From Candidatus Iainarchaeum sp. (GTDB lineage: Archaea > Iainarchaeota > Iainarchaeia > Iainarchaeales > CSSED10-239), in NCBI GenBank assembly GCA_028700115.1, contig JAQVTI010000001.1:150001-182000 (forward strand): a DNA stretch of 32,000 nt, written 5' to 3'. The position numbers were made by a program, and so were the translations under genes. The notes under the pieces were generated by a model. The model was not told the DNA's origin and did not search any database. It worked only from the letters and a program-made list of their open reading frames with translations. This document shows, piece after piece, positions 17,735 through 26,829 of the stretch. Within the stretch, counting starts at the first letter, position 1; each line of letters opens with the position of its first letter.

Positions 17735-20290
17735 TTACATGTTTTCAATAACGTTGATTAATTCTTTAGCAGCCATTGCAGTGTCTTCAGCTGTCATTCC
17801 AGCAACAACAATATTACCTTCAGCGTTTTGTCCTAATACATAGTCTCCAGAAGCTGTTAACATAGTATCTAATCCTATATTTTGAGCTAATGTGTTAACT
17901 AAGTGACCACCAACAATGATTTTGTTTCCTGCTGGGTTTTCGTTATCAAGGTATACTAATTTGTTTGTTGCAACATTCCATGTCATTGGAACAATAGCAT
18001 CAGTTGCAGCTCCACCAGATAAAGCAACAGCATCTAATGATACAGATACTCCGTCTTCTGTTTGTTGTTCTCCTTCAGCTGTTAAAGTGAATGTTGAACC
18101 GTTAATTGATGTTGAAGTACTAGCTCCTCCACCAACGAAGATTTGTCCATATAATTTAGTATCAGGAACAATTGCAGTAAACATACCTCCGTCTACTTCA
18201 GCATATGTACCAAATTCTGTATATCCCCAAGTTAAATCATCAGAATCTTCTTGATTTAGTGTGTAAGTTACAGCATCACCAGTTGTGAAAGCTGAATTTC
18301 CATTTACAACAAGAACTTGATCAACAACAGCTAAATAAGATGAATCATCTGTATCTACTAAATTTCCAGTTCCAGCATCAATATGAGCTACTACTGAATC
18401 TTGACCATCATCAACAACAAATTCAAACATAGATTTCATATCAGTACCGTCTGTTAAAACACCTGTAGCAGTTTTACCAACATATGTACCATCACTAGTT
18501 GCAGCAACATCTATTTGTGTATATATATTTTTAATAGTCCAATCTTGAGTAGGACTATCAATAGTACCTTCAATAGATCCTGCAGCACCTTCTTTAAGAC
18601 CTAATGCAAATTGAGTAATATCATTTGTTCCAGTTGCACCATCTTCGTTAATATATAAACCATAAGCTAATTTTTCAGATTCATTATTATATAATGGGAT
18701 TGTTAAATCTGTAAATGCAGCATCTGTGTAAACAAATTTAGAATTATCTGTATTTGTTGTTTCCCAAGTCCAAACATTAGAAGTTTTTGTTAAGTAATCT
18801 CCATCATCATCTTCTAATTGAACTGTGAAATAACCAATATCTAAAGCATCATTTGCAGCATTAGGAATTCCACCAACATTGGAATCTTCATTACCATATA
18901 TAAAACTATCATAAGAACCTACATCTGTAGTAGTATTAAAATCCTCATCAGCTGTATGGAATTCAATGTATAATTTCTTATCATCTAATGTTTGCATAGT
19001 TGTATAGTTTTCACCATCTCCGTAAGTTCCATCTTCTTCTTCATAAAAGAATACTTTGTGATCGTCGTCAGTAGCATCTATATAAGAAATATATCCATCT
19101 TCAACAATTACTTCTTTTGATGATTCATTAGTTAAACCTAAAAAGTCAATAGAACCTAAATCAAATGGTAAAACAATAGAGTCATCTACTTTTAAAGCAT
19201 CTTCATCTTCCCATTGAACATCTTGATCTTCATTAGTAAATACTATTTTTGTAATAGGATCAGAACCTGTAAAACTAACTTTCCATAATTTATCATCTAT
19301 ATTTGGGAAATCTTCAATAATTTGTCCACTTTCAAGCTCTATACTTGTACTTGTACCTGAAACAACAGTTACTTTTTTATCATAAACTGTATCTATTTCT
19401 ACATTTGATTCTAAATATTCGTTGAATACTGTTTCATAATCTGTAAAAACTTCAGAAGCTAAAATTGCACCATTTTGAGAAATACTTAATTCAACAGAAT
19501 AATTATTACTAGATTCTAAAATATCTTCAACAGTGATTGTATATCCGTCAACTTCAAAAGAAGCACCTTCTTCATAAGGAGCTGTATTTTTATTTTGAAC
19601 TAAAGTTACAATTCCATTAGAATAGTCTTCAAGAGTATATTCATTACCCATTAAATTAAATTTGAAATCAGGACTACCTTCATCATTAGCACCATTATTA
19701 ATTCCAGGATTAAATTCAAGAGTATATGAAATATCCCCTCTATCAAATGATGCTGTTAAATCAGCTACATCTTTATCTGAATCAAAAGCAACTGTAGGAG
19801 TAATAGTAATACTTTCTTGTACATTTATTTCATCAGTATCAAAAATACTATCATCAACATCTACGTCATAATCTCCTAAAACAGAATAATCTCTGTCATC
19901 AAGAGTTTCTGTAACACTAGTAGATCCTAATTCCCAATCATCTGTTAACAAACCGTCTCCAGAAATTGTAGATGTTGATTCAGCACCAGCTGTAACAGTT
20001 ACACTTTCTAATGCAGCTCCAGCGATTGCGTCACCTGATGTGTAAGCTTTCTTTCCAATAGCAGCAGCTATGTTTCCAGCCCATACAACATCAACTGGTT
20101 GAGCCATAGATCCAACGATTACATTGTAAGCTGGTCCTGTAGCACCAAATAATTGATCTTTTGTTAAGTTGTCTATTCCAGTGTATGTGTCATCTGCCAT
20201 GTTAGCAGCAGCAACAGCACCTGCAAATAAAGCAGAAACTGCAAAAACACCTGCACCAGCAACTATTTTCTTCATATTTATATTCTTCAT
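17735..20290 (-). CDS. S-layer protein (methanogen/DPANN type)
   Basis: Signal peptide MKKIVAGAGVFAVSALFAGAVAAANM, then LFGATGPAYNVIVGSMAQPVDVVWAGNIAAAIG. Acidic beta-rich body and C-terminal NKIIVGGHLVNTLAQNIGLD...NIVVAGMTAEDTAMAAKELINVIENM. Confidence 0.9.
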   Translation of the reverse strand: MKNINMKKIVAGAGVFAVSALFAGAVAAANMADDTYTGIDNLTKDQLFGATGPAYNVIVGSMAQPVDVVWAGNIAAAIGKKAYTSGDAIAGAALESVTVTAGAESTSTISGDGLLTDDWELGSTSVTETLDDRDYSVLGDYDVDVDDSIFDTDEINVQESITITPTVAFDSDKDVADLTASFDRGDISYTLEFNPGINNGANDEGSPDFKFNLMGNEYTLEDYSNGIVTLVQNKNTAPYEEGASFEVDGYTITVEDILESSNNYSVELSISQNGAILASEVFTDYETVFNEYLESNVEIDTVYDKKVTVVSGTSTSIELESGQIIEDFPNIDDKLWKVSFTGSDPITKIVFTNEDQDVQWEDEDALKVDDSIVLPFDLGSIDFLGLTNESSKEVIVEDGYISYIDATDDDHKVFFYEEEDGTYGDGENYTTMQTLDDKKLYIEFHTADEDFNTTTDVGSYDSFIYGNEDSNVGGIPNAANDALDIGYFTVQLEDDDGDYLTKTSNVWTWETTNTDNSKFVYTDAAFTDLTIPLYNNESEKLAYGLYINEDGATGTNDITQFALGLKEGAAGSIEGTIDSPTQDWTIKNIYTQIDVAATSDGTYVGKTATGVLTDGTDMKSMFEFVVDDGQDSVVAHIDAGTGNLVDTDDSSYLAVVDQVLVVNGNSAFTTGDAVTYTLNQEDSDDLTWGYTEFGTYAEVDGGMFTAIVPDTKLYGQIFVGGGASTSTSINGSTFTLTAEGEQQTEDGVSVSLDAVALSGGAATDAIVPMTWNVATNKLVYLDNENPAGNKIIVGGHLVNTLAQNIGLDTMLTASGDYVLGQNAEGNIVVAGMTAEDTAMAAKELINVIENM

Positions 20291-20450
20291 ATATTCACCT
20301 TTTTTTTTATATAAAGACTGAACCTGTGTAAATTAATTTTAAGTTAACAAAAAAACAAAGTTAGCTTATAAAACAGATTCGCCAAAGTAACGTTCATAGT
20401 TTACACTCATGTTACTGTAAGATATTAAAGAAAGAATATATTTAAAAAGG
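20291..20450 (-). promoter_or_regulatory. S-layer gene promoter and long 5' leader
   Basis: Minus strand: TATA-like cctttttaaatatattc at about 20434-20450. SD-like GGTGA at 20295-20299 lies just upstream of the ATG at 20290. Confidence 0.55.
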
Positions 20451-20662
20451 TAAGTTTTTTGGAAAGAAAACAAAAGGTTTATAAAGAAATATGCCTCATA
20501 AAAATTGTTTTCCAAACCATAAAAAAACCTTATTTTAGACATATAATAATAAATTATATTTGTTTATATATAATATATATTAAATATATAATATTTTAAA
20601 ATATAATCTATTGAATAAAAAAAGAACAAAAAAGAACTAAAAAGAAAATATCTAAAAAAAAA

Positions 20663-21198
20663 TTATTTATCTAGATAAATATCTAGATACATAGGCAAGG
20701 CACCTTTATCTCTTTCTTTTAATATTTTAAATTTAAATTTTTTATAAAAATGAATAGAATCTTTACTTTTGTCCTTATTTCTTTTTACATCTAAAATTAA
20801 AAATCTACAACCACAAATACTAGATAACTTTTTAGCTACACTATAAGAAATTTCAAGTAACATTGTTCCAAAGCCCATTCTTGAAAAATCATCATCAACT
20901 GCAAGTCTACCTATCTTTAATGCAGGAATTGCTTTATATTTAACATTTTTTTAAGAAAAAAAGTCTTTAAAGGTTTAGTTAAATTTAAAGAATCAGTTAA
21001 TAAAGTAACATAACATACTAAATTATCTTTATAAAATAATAAATAAGTAGTAGATATTTTTTGTTTTTAATTACTTAAAGCATCATCTACTAAAAAATCT
21101 TTCAAATCTTTCTCATAGGTTTTAAAATTAGTAATAATATCTTTGTCAGTTTTTAAAATAGGTCTAATTTTAATATATTTTAAATTTATTTTTTCCAT
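20663..21198 (-). pseudogene. Disrupted GNAT acetyltransferase resembling TacT/AtaT-type toxins
   Basis: Conceptual product MEKINLKYIKIRPILKTDKDIITNFKTYEKDLKDFLVDDALSN*KQKISTTYLLFYKDNLVCYVTLLTDSLNLTKPLKTFFLKK(frameshift)NVKYKAIPALKIGRLAVDDDFSRMGFGTMLLEIS... Stop at 21067-21069; one-base shift at the homopolymer 20946-20952. Confidence 0.8.
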
Positions 21199-21353
21199 AA
21201 TTGACTTTCATAAAAAGATCTGTTCTTTTCTGCATTTTTAATAAATGCAACTCTTTCTTTAGAAGGATGCTTTAACTCTTTAGCCCATCCTTTAATAAAC
21301 TTATCAGCATCATCCCCTCTTAATACAGGAGTTGCTCTAATTAGTTTAGCCAT
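21186..21353 (-). CDS. Uncalled 55-aa ORF, candidate antitoxin partner of the GNAT gene
   Basis: MAKLIRATPVLRGDDADKFIKGWAKELKHPSKERVAFIKNAEKNRSFYESQLWKK, overlapping the GNAT start codon at 21198. Confidence 0.6.
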   Translation of the reverse strand: MAKLIRATPVLRGDDADKFIKGWAKELKHPSKERVAFIKNAEKNRSFYESQLWKK

Positions 21354-21506
21354 ATTTATCACATTTATATAATATATATGTATTTATTAAAACAATTTAT
21401 AAGTATTTGTATTACAAATAAAAAAAGAACAAAAAAGAAAGAGAAATAGAATATAAATTTTTAAAAAAAAGAAAATAAAAAAACAGTTTTTAATATTTTA
21501 AAAAAA

Positions 21507-24386
21507 CTATCTCCTTCCACCACTAACTGCATCTTCTATTGTCCAATTAAAATTATTTATAATATAGTCTTTTGCAGTAAGTCCATCTCCAGAAGGAGTA
21601 CTATTTCCTGCATCAAAAGATACATTTGATTGTAAAGGCAATTTACTCCAACTAATTAATAAAGAATTATAATTTGAAGAAGATAAAGAAGTAATTGAAA
21701 ACATATTTCCCATATCTGTTACATTAGAAACATTCCAAGAAGCTAAATTTTGATCGAAAACCTCATTATTACAAAACATATAATACATATTATTTACATT
21801 TGAAACATCCCAATTATTTAAAGGTTGATTAAATGAACTTGCACCATTAAACATATCACTCATATCAGTTACATTTGAAACATCCCAATTATTTAAAGGT
21901 TGATTAAAAGCACGCACCCTACAAAATACACCACTCATATCTGTTATTGAAGATGTATTCCAATCATTTATATAACTATTAAAATCAGTATTATTTGTAA
22001 ACATACCTTTTATTGAAGTTATATTAGATAAATCCCAATAATTAATATTAGGTATACCAGTCAAATATCCTCCACAACCTTCAAACATATATTCTAAAGA
22101 AGTTGTTCTATTTAATTTTAAAATATCTTCAGCTGTAACACTTAAATTAGAACAACCTCTAAATTGTGAATCTGTAACTCCAAGATCAAGATTACCCCAT
22201 TTTGAAATATCACTAATTTTTAATCTATCTCCAGAATCATTAAAAGACCAACCTTCTAATTCTCCAAAAATATTTAAATCATACACTCCATAAGAATCAT
22301 AAGTATGAGGTAAATCCGAATCATCCCAAGAAGTTATTTGTGAAGTTGTTCCATCATCCCATTCTACAGTGAAATCATAATTACCATCAGAAACTAAAGG
22401 TAACATAATTTGATTATATTCACTAGATCCAGTAGAAGTTTTTGTAGTATCCCAAGTTGAAATAAAATAATTACTTTCACAATCTGTTGGACAACTATCT
22501 GAATTTTCTGAAGAATATGAACAAATACCATCTCCACAACTTCCACAATCTGCATAACAAGAACTTACAGTTTCATAAACAGTACAGAAACCATCTCCAC
22601 AAACACTACAATCTTGAGGACATGTATCTAAATTTTCATCAGAAGAAGTACAAATTCCATCTCCACAACTACCACAATCTATATAACAAGTATCTATATT
22701 TTCATCCCCATTACAAGATTCATCTCCACATTCAGGAGGACCTGGAACAATACCTAAATCTTCTAGATACCAACCTAAATCATTTACTAAATAATTATAA
22801 GCATCATCTGCTTCTGCAGTATGATATAGATTAATATTACTAACACCAACACCTAAAGCAATATTAGGATTATCAGCCCAATCAATTAATGTATTTGAAT
22901 AATTTTCTACAGACATAGATGTAGGTATATTATAATCAACATCAGATAAAAAACCATATAAACAATCCATATTTGCTAAATTCCAATCGCCTATATCTTG
23001 ATCAAAACTAGATCCTTCAAATAAAGCTACAGCAGCATATAAATTTGAAACATCCCAACTTGAAATATCTTGATTAAAATCTGAAAAAAAGAAAGTATAT
23101 CTCACCTTTTCAACATTTGAAACATCCCAAGAAGAAATATCTTGATTAAAAGGAACTTTTCTAACAGAAGAAAAATCAACAAGTTCAGATAACCATTCAG
23201 GATATTCAAATAACAAACTAATCTGTGTTTTTCCAAATGTATTTGATAAATCTAAAATATTAGAAGTATCCCAATTTTCTATATTTGGAATATCTACTAA
23301 AGAAAAACAATCTGCAAATGAAGCGGTTAAATAAGTTGTATTTTCTAAAATATCTAAACTATCTTCAGCAGTAATTGTTAAATTTTCACAACCAGTAAAA
23401 TGCCCATATGAATTTGAATCAATAGAATCTAATTTTAATGGTCCCCAATTAGATATATTTAATATTTTTAATCTATCTTTACTTAAATGAACATTATCAT
23501 AAATACAAAAATCCAAACCATTTATTTCTTCAAAATTATAATCAGCAAAAGACCAGCCTTCTATTGTTCCATTAATATTTATTTCGTATTCTCCAGATAA
23601 AGAATAAGTATGTAATTTATCAGAATCATCATATGAAGTTATTTCTGAAGTAGTCCCATCTCCCCAATCTACAGTAAAATCATAATTACCATTTGGAACT
23701 AATGGAAGCTCTATTTGGTCATCATCACTTGAATAACCATATTCTATTAAACTTTCCATTTCAAAATCCATATAGTAATTTATAGATGTATTATTTGTAT
23801 CCCATGTAGAAGTAAAATAATTAATATGACAATCATCATAACAAGTTTCTTCAGTTTCAGAACCATTACAAGTTCCATCTCCACAATAAGGTGCATTATC
23901 ACATGAAACAAGACTTGCTCCTAAATAACTTACAGGAATAGAAATATATTTACCATCATTAGTTTTTAATTCTAAAATAAATTCTTTTGAAGGAATACAT
24001 ATTATATCTAATTGATTACTTCTATTTGGATTAATAACTAAAGGAGTTTCTAAAGTATATTCTGTGTTTATAAAATTTGTATTTTCTGCGGTTGTAGAAA
24101 TTAATTTATATGCAACAACATTTAAATCTTTATTAAAATTGTTATTTTCTAAAACAACTTTAGAATAATCCCCAGACATACTTTCATAAACACTTAAACA
24201 TTTTATAAACCCATCTAAATCTGATTTATCATAAGTAACTACAGAAGATTCATCTAGATTAGATATAGTAAAATCTTTTGAAAAAGAAACAATTCCTGCA
24301 ATTAAAACAACTGAAACTAAAACAATTAAAACAGTTGCAATTAATGGAGAAATTGCTTTTTTATTAAAAATATATTTTGAATTCAT
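21507..24386 (-). CDS. Large surface protein: pilin-like N-terminus, DUF285 module, tandem Cys-rich repeats, second DUF285 module
   Basis: MNSKYIFNKKAISPLIATVLIVLVSVVLIAGIVSF; repeated FNQDISSWDVSNV / FNQPLNNWDVSNVTDMSDMF; repeated CGDG(I/F)C...C..DC. Confidence 0.85.
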   Translation of the reverse strand: MNSKYIFNKKAISPLIATVLIVLVSVVLIAGIVSFSKDFTISNLDESSVVTYDKSDLDGFIKCLSVYESMSGDYSKVVLENNNFNKDLNVVAYKLISTTAENTNFINTEYTLETPLVINPNRSNQLDIICIPSKEFILELKTNDGKYISIPVSYLGASLVSCDNAPYCGDGTCNGSETEETCYDDCHINYFTSTWDTNNTSINYYMDFEMESLIEYGYSSDDDQIELPLVPNGNYDFTVDWGDGTTSEITSYDDSDKLHTYSLSGEYEININGTIEGWSFADYNFEEINGLDFCIYDNVHLSKDRLKILNISNWGPLKLDSIDSNSYGHFTGCENLTITAEDSLDILENTTYLTASFADCFSLVDIPNIENWDTSNILDLSNTFGKTQISLLFEYPEWLSELVDFSSVRKVPFNQDISSWDVSNVEKVRYTFFFSDFNQDISSWDVSNLYAAVALFEGSSFDQDIGDWNLANMDCLYGFLSDVDYNIPTSMSVENYSNTLIDWADNPNIALGVGVSNINLYHTAEADDAYNYLVNDLGWYLEDLGIVPGPPECGDESCNGDENIDTCYIDCGSCGDGICTSSDENLDTCPQDCSVCGDGFCTVYETVSSCYADCGSCGDGICSYSSENSDSCPTDCESNYFISTWDTTKTSTGSSEYNQIMLPLVSDGNYDFTVEWDDGTTSQITSWDDSDLPHTYDSYGVYDLNIFGELEGWSFNDSGDRLKISDISKWGNLDLGVTDSQFRGCSNLSVTAEDILKLNRTTSLEYMFEGCGGYLTGIPNINYWDLSNITSIKGMFTNNTDFNSYINDWNTSSITDMSGVFCRVRAFNQPLNNWDVSNVTDMSDMFNGASSFNQPLNNWDVSNVNNMYYMFCNNEVFDQNLASWNVSNVTDMGNMFSITSLSSSNYNSLLISWSKLPLQSNVSFDAGNSTPSGDGLTAKDYIINNFNWTIEDAVSGGRR
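22478..22740 (-). repeat. Tandem Cys-rich CGDGxC...SCxxDC repeats inside the large surface protein
   Basis: CGDESCNGDENIDTCYIDC, CGDGICTSSDENLDTCPQDC, CGDGFCTVYETVSSCYADC, CGDGICSYSSENSDSCPTDC. Confidence 0.85.
23863..24364 (-). repeat. 502-bp cassette shared with 1576-2077
   Basis: Same orientation and same coding frame (signal peptide through the first Cys-rich motif). Confidence 0.92.
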
Positions 24387-24489
24387 ATTATTATATACAT
24401 AGATTTTATTTAAAAAGATTTAGTTAAACCTTTTATTGCCAAACAAATTTTTATAAATAAATAAAATAAATTACTATAAAAAAAGGAAA

Positions 24490-24767
24490 GAAAACTATTT
24501 CTTTCCTGTTATATGGTTTAACTCTTGTTTTAATTTAAAAATCATATCAGCATAACCATGAGTCATATCAACTATTGTAAATAAACTTTCTTGAAGATCA
24601 GAAATTGGAACATTTAGTTTCTCTGGTTTAATTACATCTATTGAAGTTACACCATAGTAATAAACTAATCTAAATAAAGACTGTAAATCCTTACAAGAAA
24701 CTTCAGCTTCAATATATGTTGAAAACAAACCATCATGAACTACAATTTCTGCAATCTTTGATTCATA
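24490..24767 (-). repeat. 278-bp direct repeat, left copy
   Basis: Matches 26552-26829 without indels, about 8 mismatches by eye. Confidence 0.92.
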
Positions 24768-24803
24768 CAATATAGATTTAACTAATTTTTTAGAAAATAT
24801 CAA
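24495..24803 (-). CDS. Truncated paralog of the 217-aa protein at 26557-27210
   Basis: YESKIAEIVVHDGLFSTYIEAEVSCKDLQSLFRLVYYYGVTSIDVIKPEKLNVPISDLQESLFTIVDMTHGYADMIFKLKQELNHITGKK is nearly identical to the paralog's C-terminal domain. May be a remnant. Confidence 0.6.
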   Translation of the reverse strand: MIFSKKLVKSILYESKIAEIVVHDGLFSTYIEAEVSCKDLQSLFRLVYYYGVTSIDVIKPEKLNVPISDLQESLFTIVDMTHGYADMIFKLKQELNHITGKK

Positions 24804-24842
24804 CTATTGTTTTTAATTAACATTTTATAAAATAAGATAAAT

Positions 24843-25730
24843 TTATTTAATTAAAATACTTTTTTTAAGTAAATACAAATATTTATCTAAAACATCTTTT
24901 AAAATAAGATCAGATCTTAAAACCACTTCTAAAGAAGATAAATTCACATTATTTAATTCTAATTTAGAAATATATTTAAAAAAATCATCTATTTTAAAAG
25001 CATTTTTATTATATTCTAAACTTTCATTTATTTTTAATAAAACTAAATCTAAAAATAAAGGATCAATTTTAACTAAATCTTTACTTAAAATATACCCAAT
25101 ATCAAAAATATCTCTTAAAGCTAAAAAAGGTCTTGTAACTAAAGCTCTATACTTCTCACTTAAATTTTCTCTAATGTCTATACATTCTATCTTAGAAACA
25201 TCATCTAAAATAGCATCATTTAATTTATCATAAAATAAATGATTTATAGTTTTTATTTTAGTATCTAAATAAAGTTTATGCCTAAAAGACACATCTATTT
25301 TTATTTGTTGTAAATCTTCAGATAATAAAGATTTATATTTTGCATAAACAACTAAGTTAATAATTCTACCATTTTGAGTAATTATTTTCCAACCTTTCCC
25401 TAACTCATCACTTACTACTAACCCACATTTTAAGCATAATTTATTTATTTCAGACCTTATTTTTTCAGATTTTAATTTTAAAGCTCTATTTGTTAAATTA
25501 TTTAAATCCTCATTAAAAATAAAATCTAAATCTTCACTTAATCTATAAAATCCTAAATAACATTTATTTAAACAAGTACCACCTTTAAAAATAAGATTAT
25601 CAATTTTATTATTAGAAAGTTCAATTAAAAATTTTGTTAAAAAATAATCTTTTTCTAATAATAGTGAATTAAATTTTTCTCTATTAGAAACTTCAAGTAT
25701 TAAATTTTTTAAATTAACTTTATCTTCCAT
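24843..25730 (-). CDS. abiEii: AbiEii-family nucleotidyltransferase toxin (operon 2)
   Basis: NLIFKGGTCLNKCYLGFYRLSEDLDFIF; C-terminal helical region with RALVTRPFLALRDIFDIGYIL. Confidence 0.83.
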   Translation of the reverse strand: MEDKVNLKNLILEVSNREKFNSLLLEKDYFLTKFLIELSNNKIDNLIFKGGTCLNKCYLGFYRLSEDLDFIFNEDLNNLTNRALKLKSEKIRSEINKLCLKCGLVVSDELGKGWKIITQNGRIINLVVYAKYKSLLSEDLQQIKIDVSFRHKLYLDTKIKTINHLFYDKLNDAILDDVSKIECIDIRENLSEKYRALVTRPFLALRDIFDIGYILSKDLVKIDPLFLDLVLLKINESLEYNKNAFKIDDFFKYISKLELNNVNLSSLEVVLRSDLILKDVLDKYLYLLKKSILIK

Positions 25731-26464
25731 TTAATATACCTCAAATCTAAATTAGTATTTCTTATTTTTGTATAATATCTAAACTTATTTAATTTATTTA
25801 AATAATCATACAATTTTTCATTTTCTGTAATTATACCAATTAATTTTAGTAATTTTATAGAATTTATTTTTTTTGCATATTTAATAAGTTTATTTTCATC
25901 AAATTTATCTTTATTTTTTTTAAAAATATAAATTAAATGATCTAATGAATCAACATATTTAAAATAATTTAAAGAATCTATAATAGTTTTTTCGATATCA
26001 GAAAAAGGACATTTATTTTTAAACACACCAAATAAATTAGACTTATTTATTTTAATATAATGTATATTAAAATCTAATATTTTTTTTGTTAAATTATACT
26101 TAGTATTAAATACAAATAATTTATTAGGAATTTGAGTTATAAAACCATATTTATTTAAAGCATTAATTAAACCAATATAATATTTGTTTGAATTTAAATA
26201 AAATTCATTAATTTCAAATTCAGAAACAACTGGCTTTCTATCTATAGAAGATACTGGAATATAAATATAATTATCTTTTTTAATAGAAATTAAATATTTC
26301 TGAAATAATAAATATTTAATAAATCTATTTGGATTGTTTGAATCTATATTTTTTATAATAATATCTAATAATTCATTTTTAGAAATAAAATGTATTTTTT
26401 TATATTCTAAAATAGAAATTAACTTCTTGGTCAAATTATTAGAAAAGTTGGATTTATTAACCAT
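25709..26464 (-). CDS. abiEi: AbiEi-like antitoxin / regulator (operon 2)
   Basis: N-terminal wHTH-like region, FYLNSNKYYIGLINALNKYGFITQIPNKLFVFNTK, CPFSDIEKTIIDSLNYFKYVDSLDHLI; overlaps the AbiEii start. The ATG at 26464 is more plausible than 26482. Confidence 0.72.
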   Translation of the reverse strand: MVNKSNFSNNLTKKLISILEYKKIHFISKNELLDIIIKNIDSNNPNRFIKYLLFQKYLISIKKDNYIYIPVSSIDRKPVVSEFEINEFYLNSNKYYIGLINALNKYGFITQIPNKLFVFNTKYNLTKKILDFNIHYIKINKSNLFGVFKNKCPFSDIEKTIIDSLNYFKYVDSLDHLIYIFKKNKDKFDENKLIKYAKKINSIKLLKLIGIITENEKLYDYLNKLNKFRYYTKIRNTNLDLRYIKWKIKLI

Positions 26465-26551
26465 ATGTATTATTTTGACCAAAAACTATTTAAAAGATAT
26501 TATTTTTAAAAATAAAGACCTATTTAGAAAAACAGAAAAAAGAAAAGAAAA

Positions 26552-26829
26552 GAAAACTATTTCTTTCCTGTTATGTAGTTTAACTCTTGTTTTAATTTAA
26601 AAATCATATCAGCATAACCATGAGTCATATCAACTATTGTAAATAAACTCTCTTGAAGATCAGAAATTGGTATGTTTAGTTTCTCTGGTCTAATTACATC
26701 TATTGAAGTTACACCATAGTAATAAACTAATCTAAATAAAGACTGTAAATCTTTACAAGAAACTTCAGCTTCAATATATGTTGAAAACAAACCATCATGA
26801 ACTACAATTTCTGCAATCTTTGATTCATA
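26552..26829 (-). repeat. 278-bp direct repeat, right copy
   Basis: See 24490-24767. Confidence 0.92.

Noticed and set aside
17916-18254. 112-aa plus-strand ORF inside the S-layer gene
   Set aside because: Antisense to a well-supported S-layer CDS; no independent family signature.
22487-22834. 115-aa plus-strand ORF rich in His/Leu/Asn/Tyr
   Set aside because: Antisense shadow of the tandem Cys-rich repeats of the surface protein; its repetitiveness is explained by the sense strand.
26334-26600. 88-aa plus-strand ORF
   Set aside because: Lies antisense to the AbiEi start and the end of the 217-aa gene; low-complexity Ile/Leu/Lys composition.
24490-26829. Integrase-type genomic island with att sites
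   Set aside because: No integrase and no tRNA at either end; the repeats are coding-sequence duplications, so a site-specific recombination origin is not supported.
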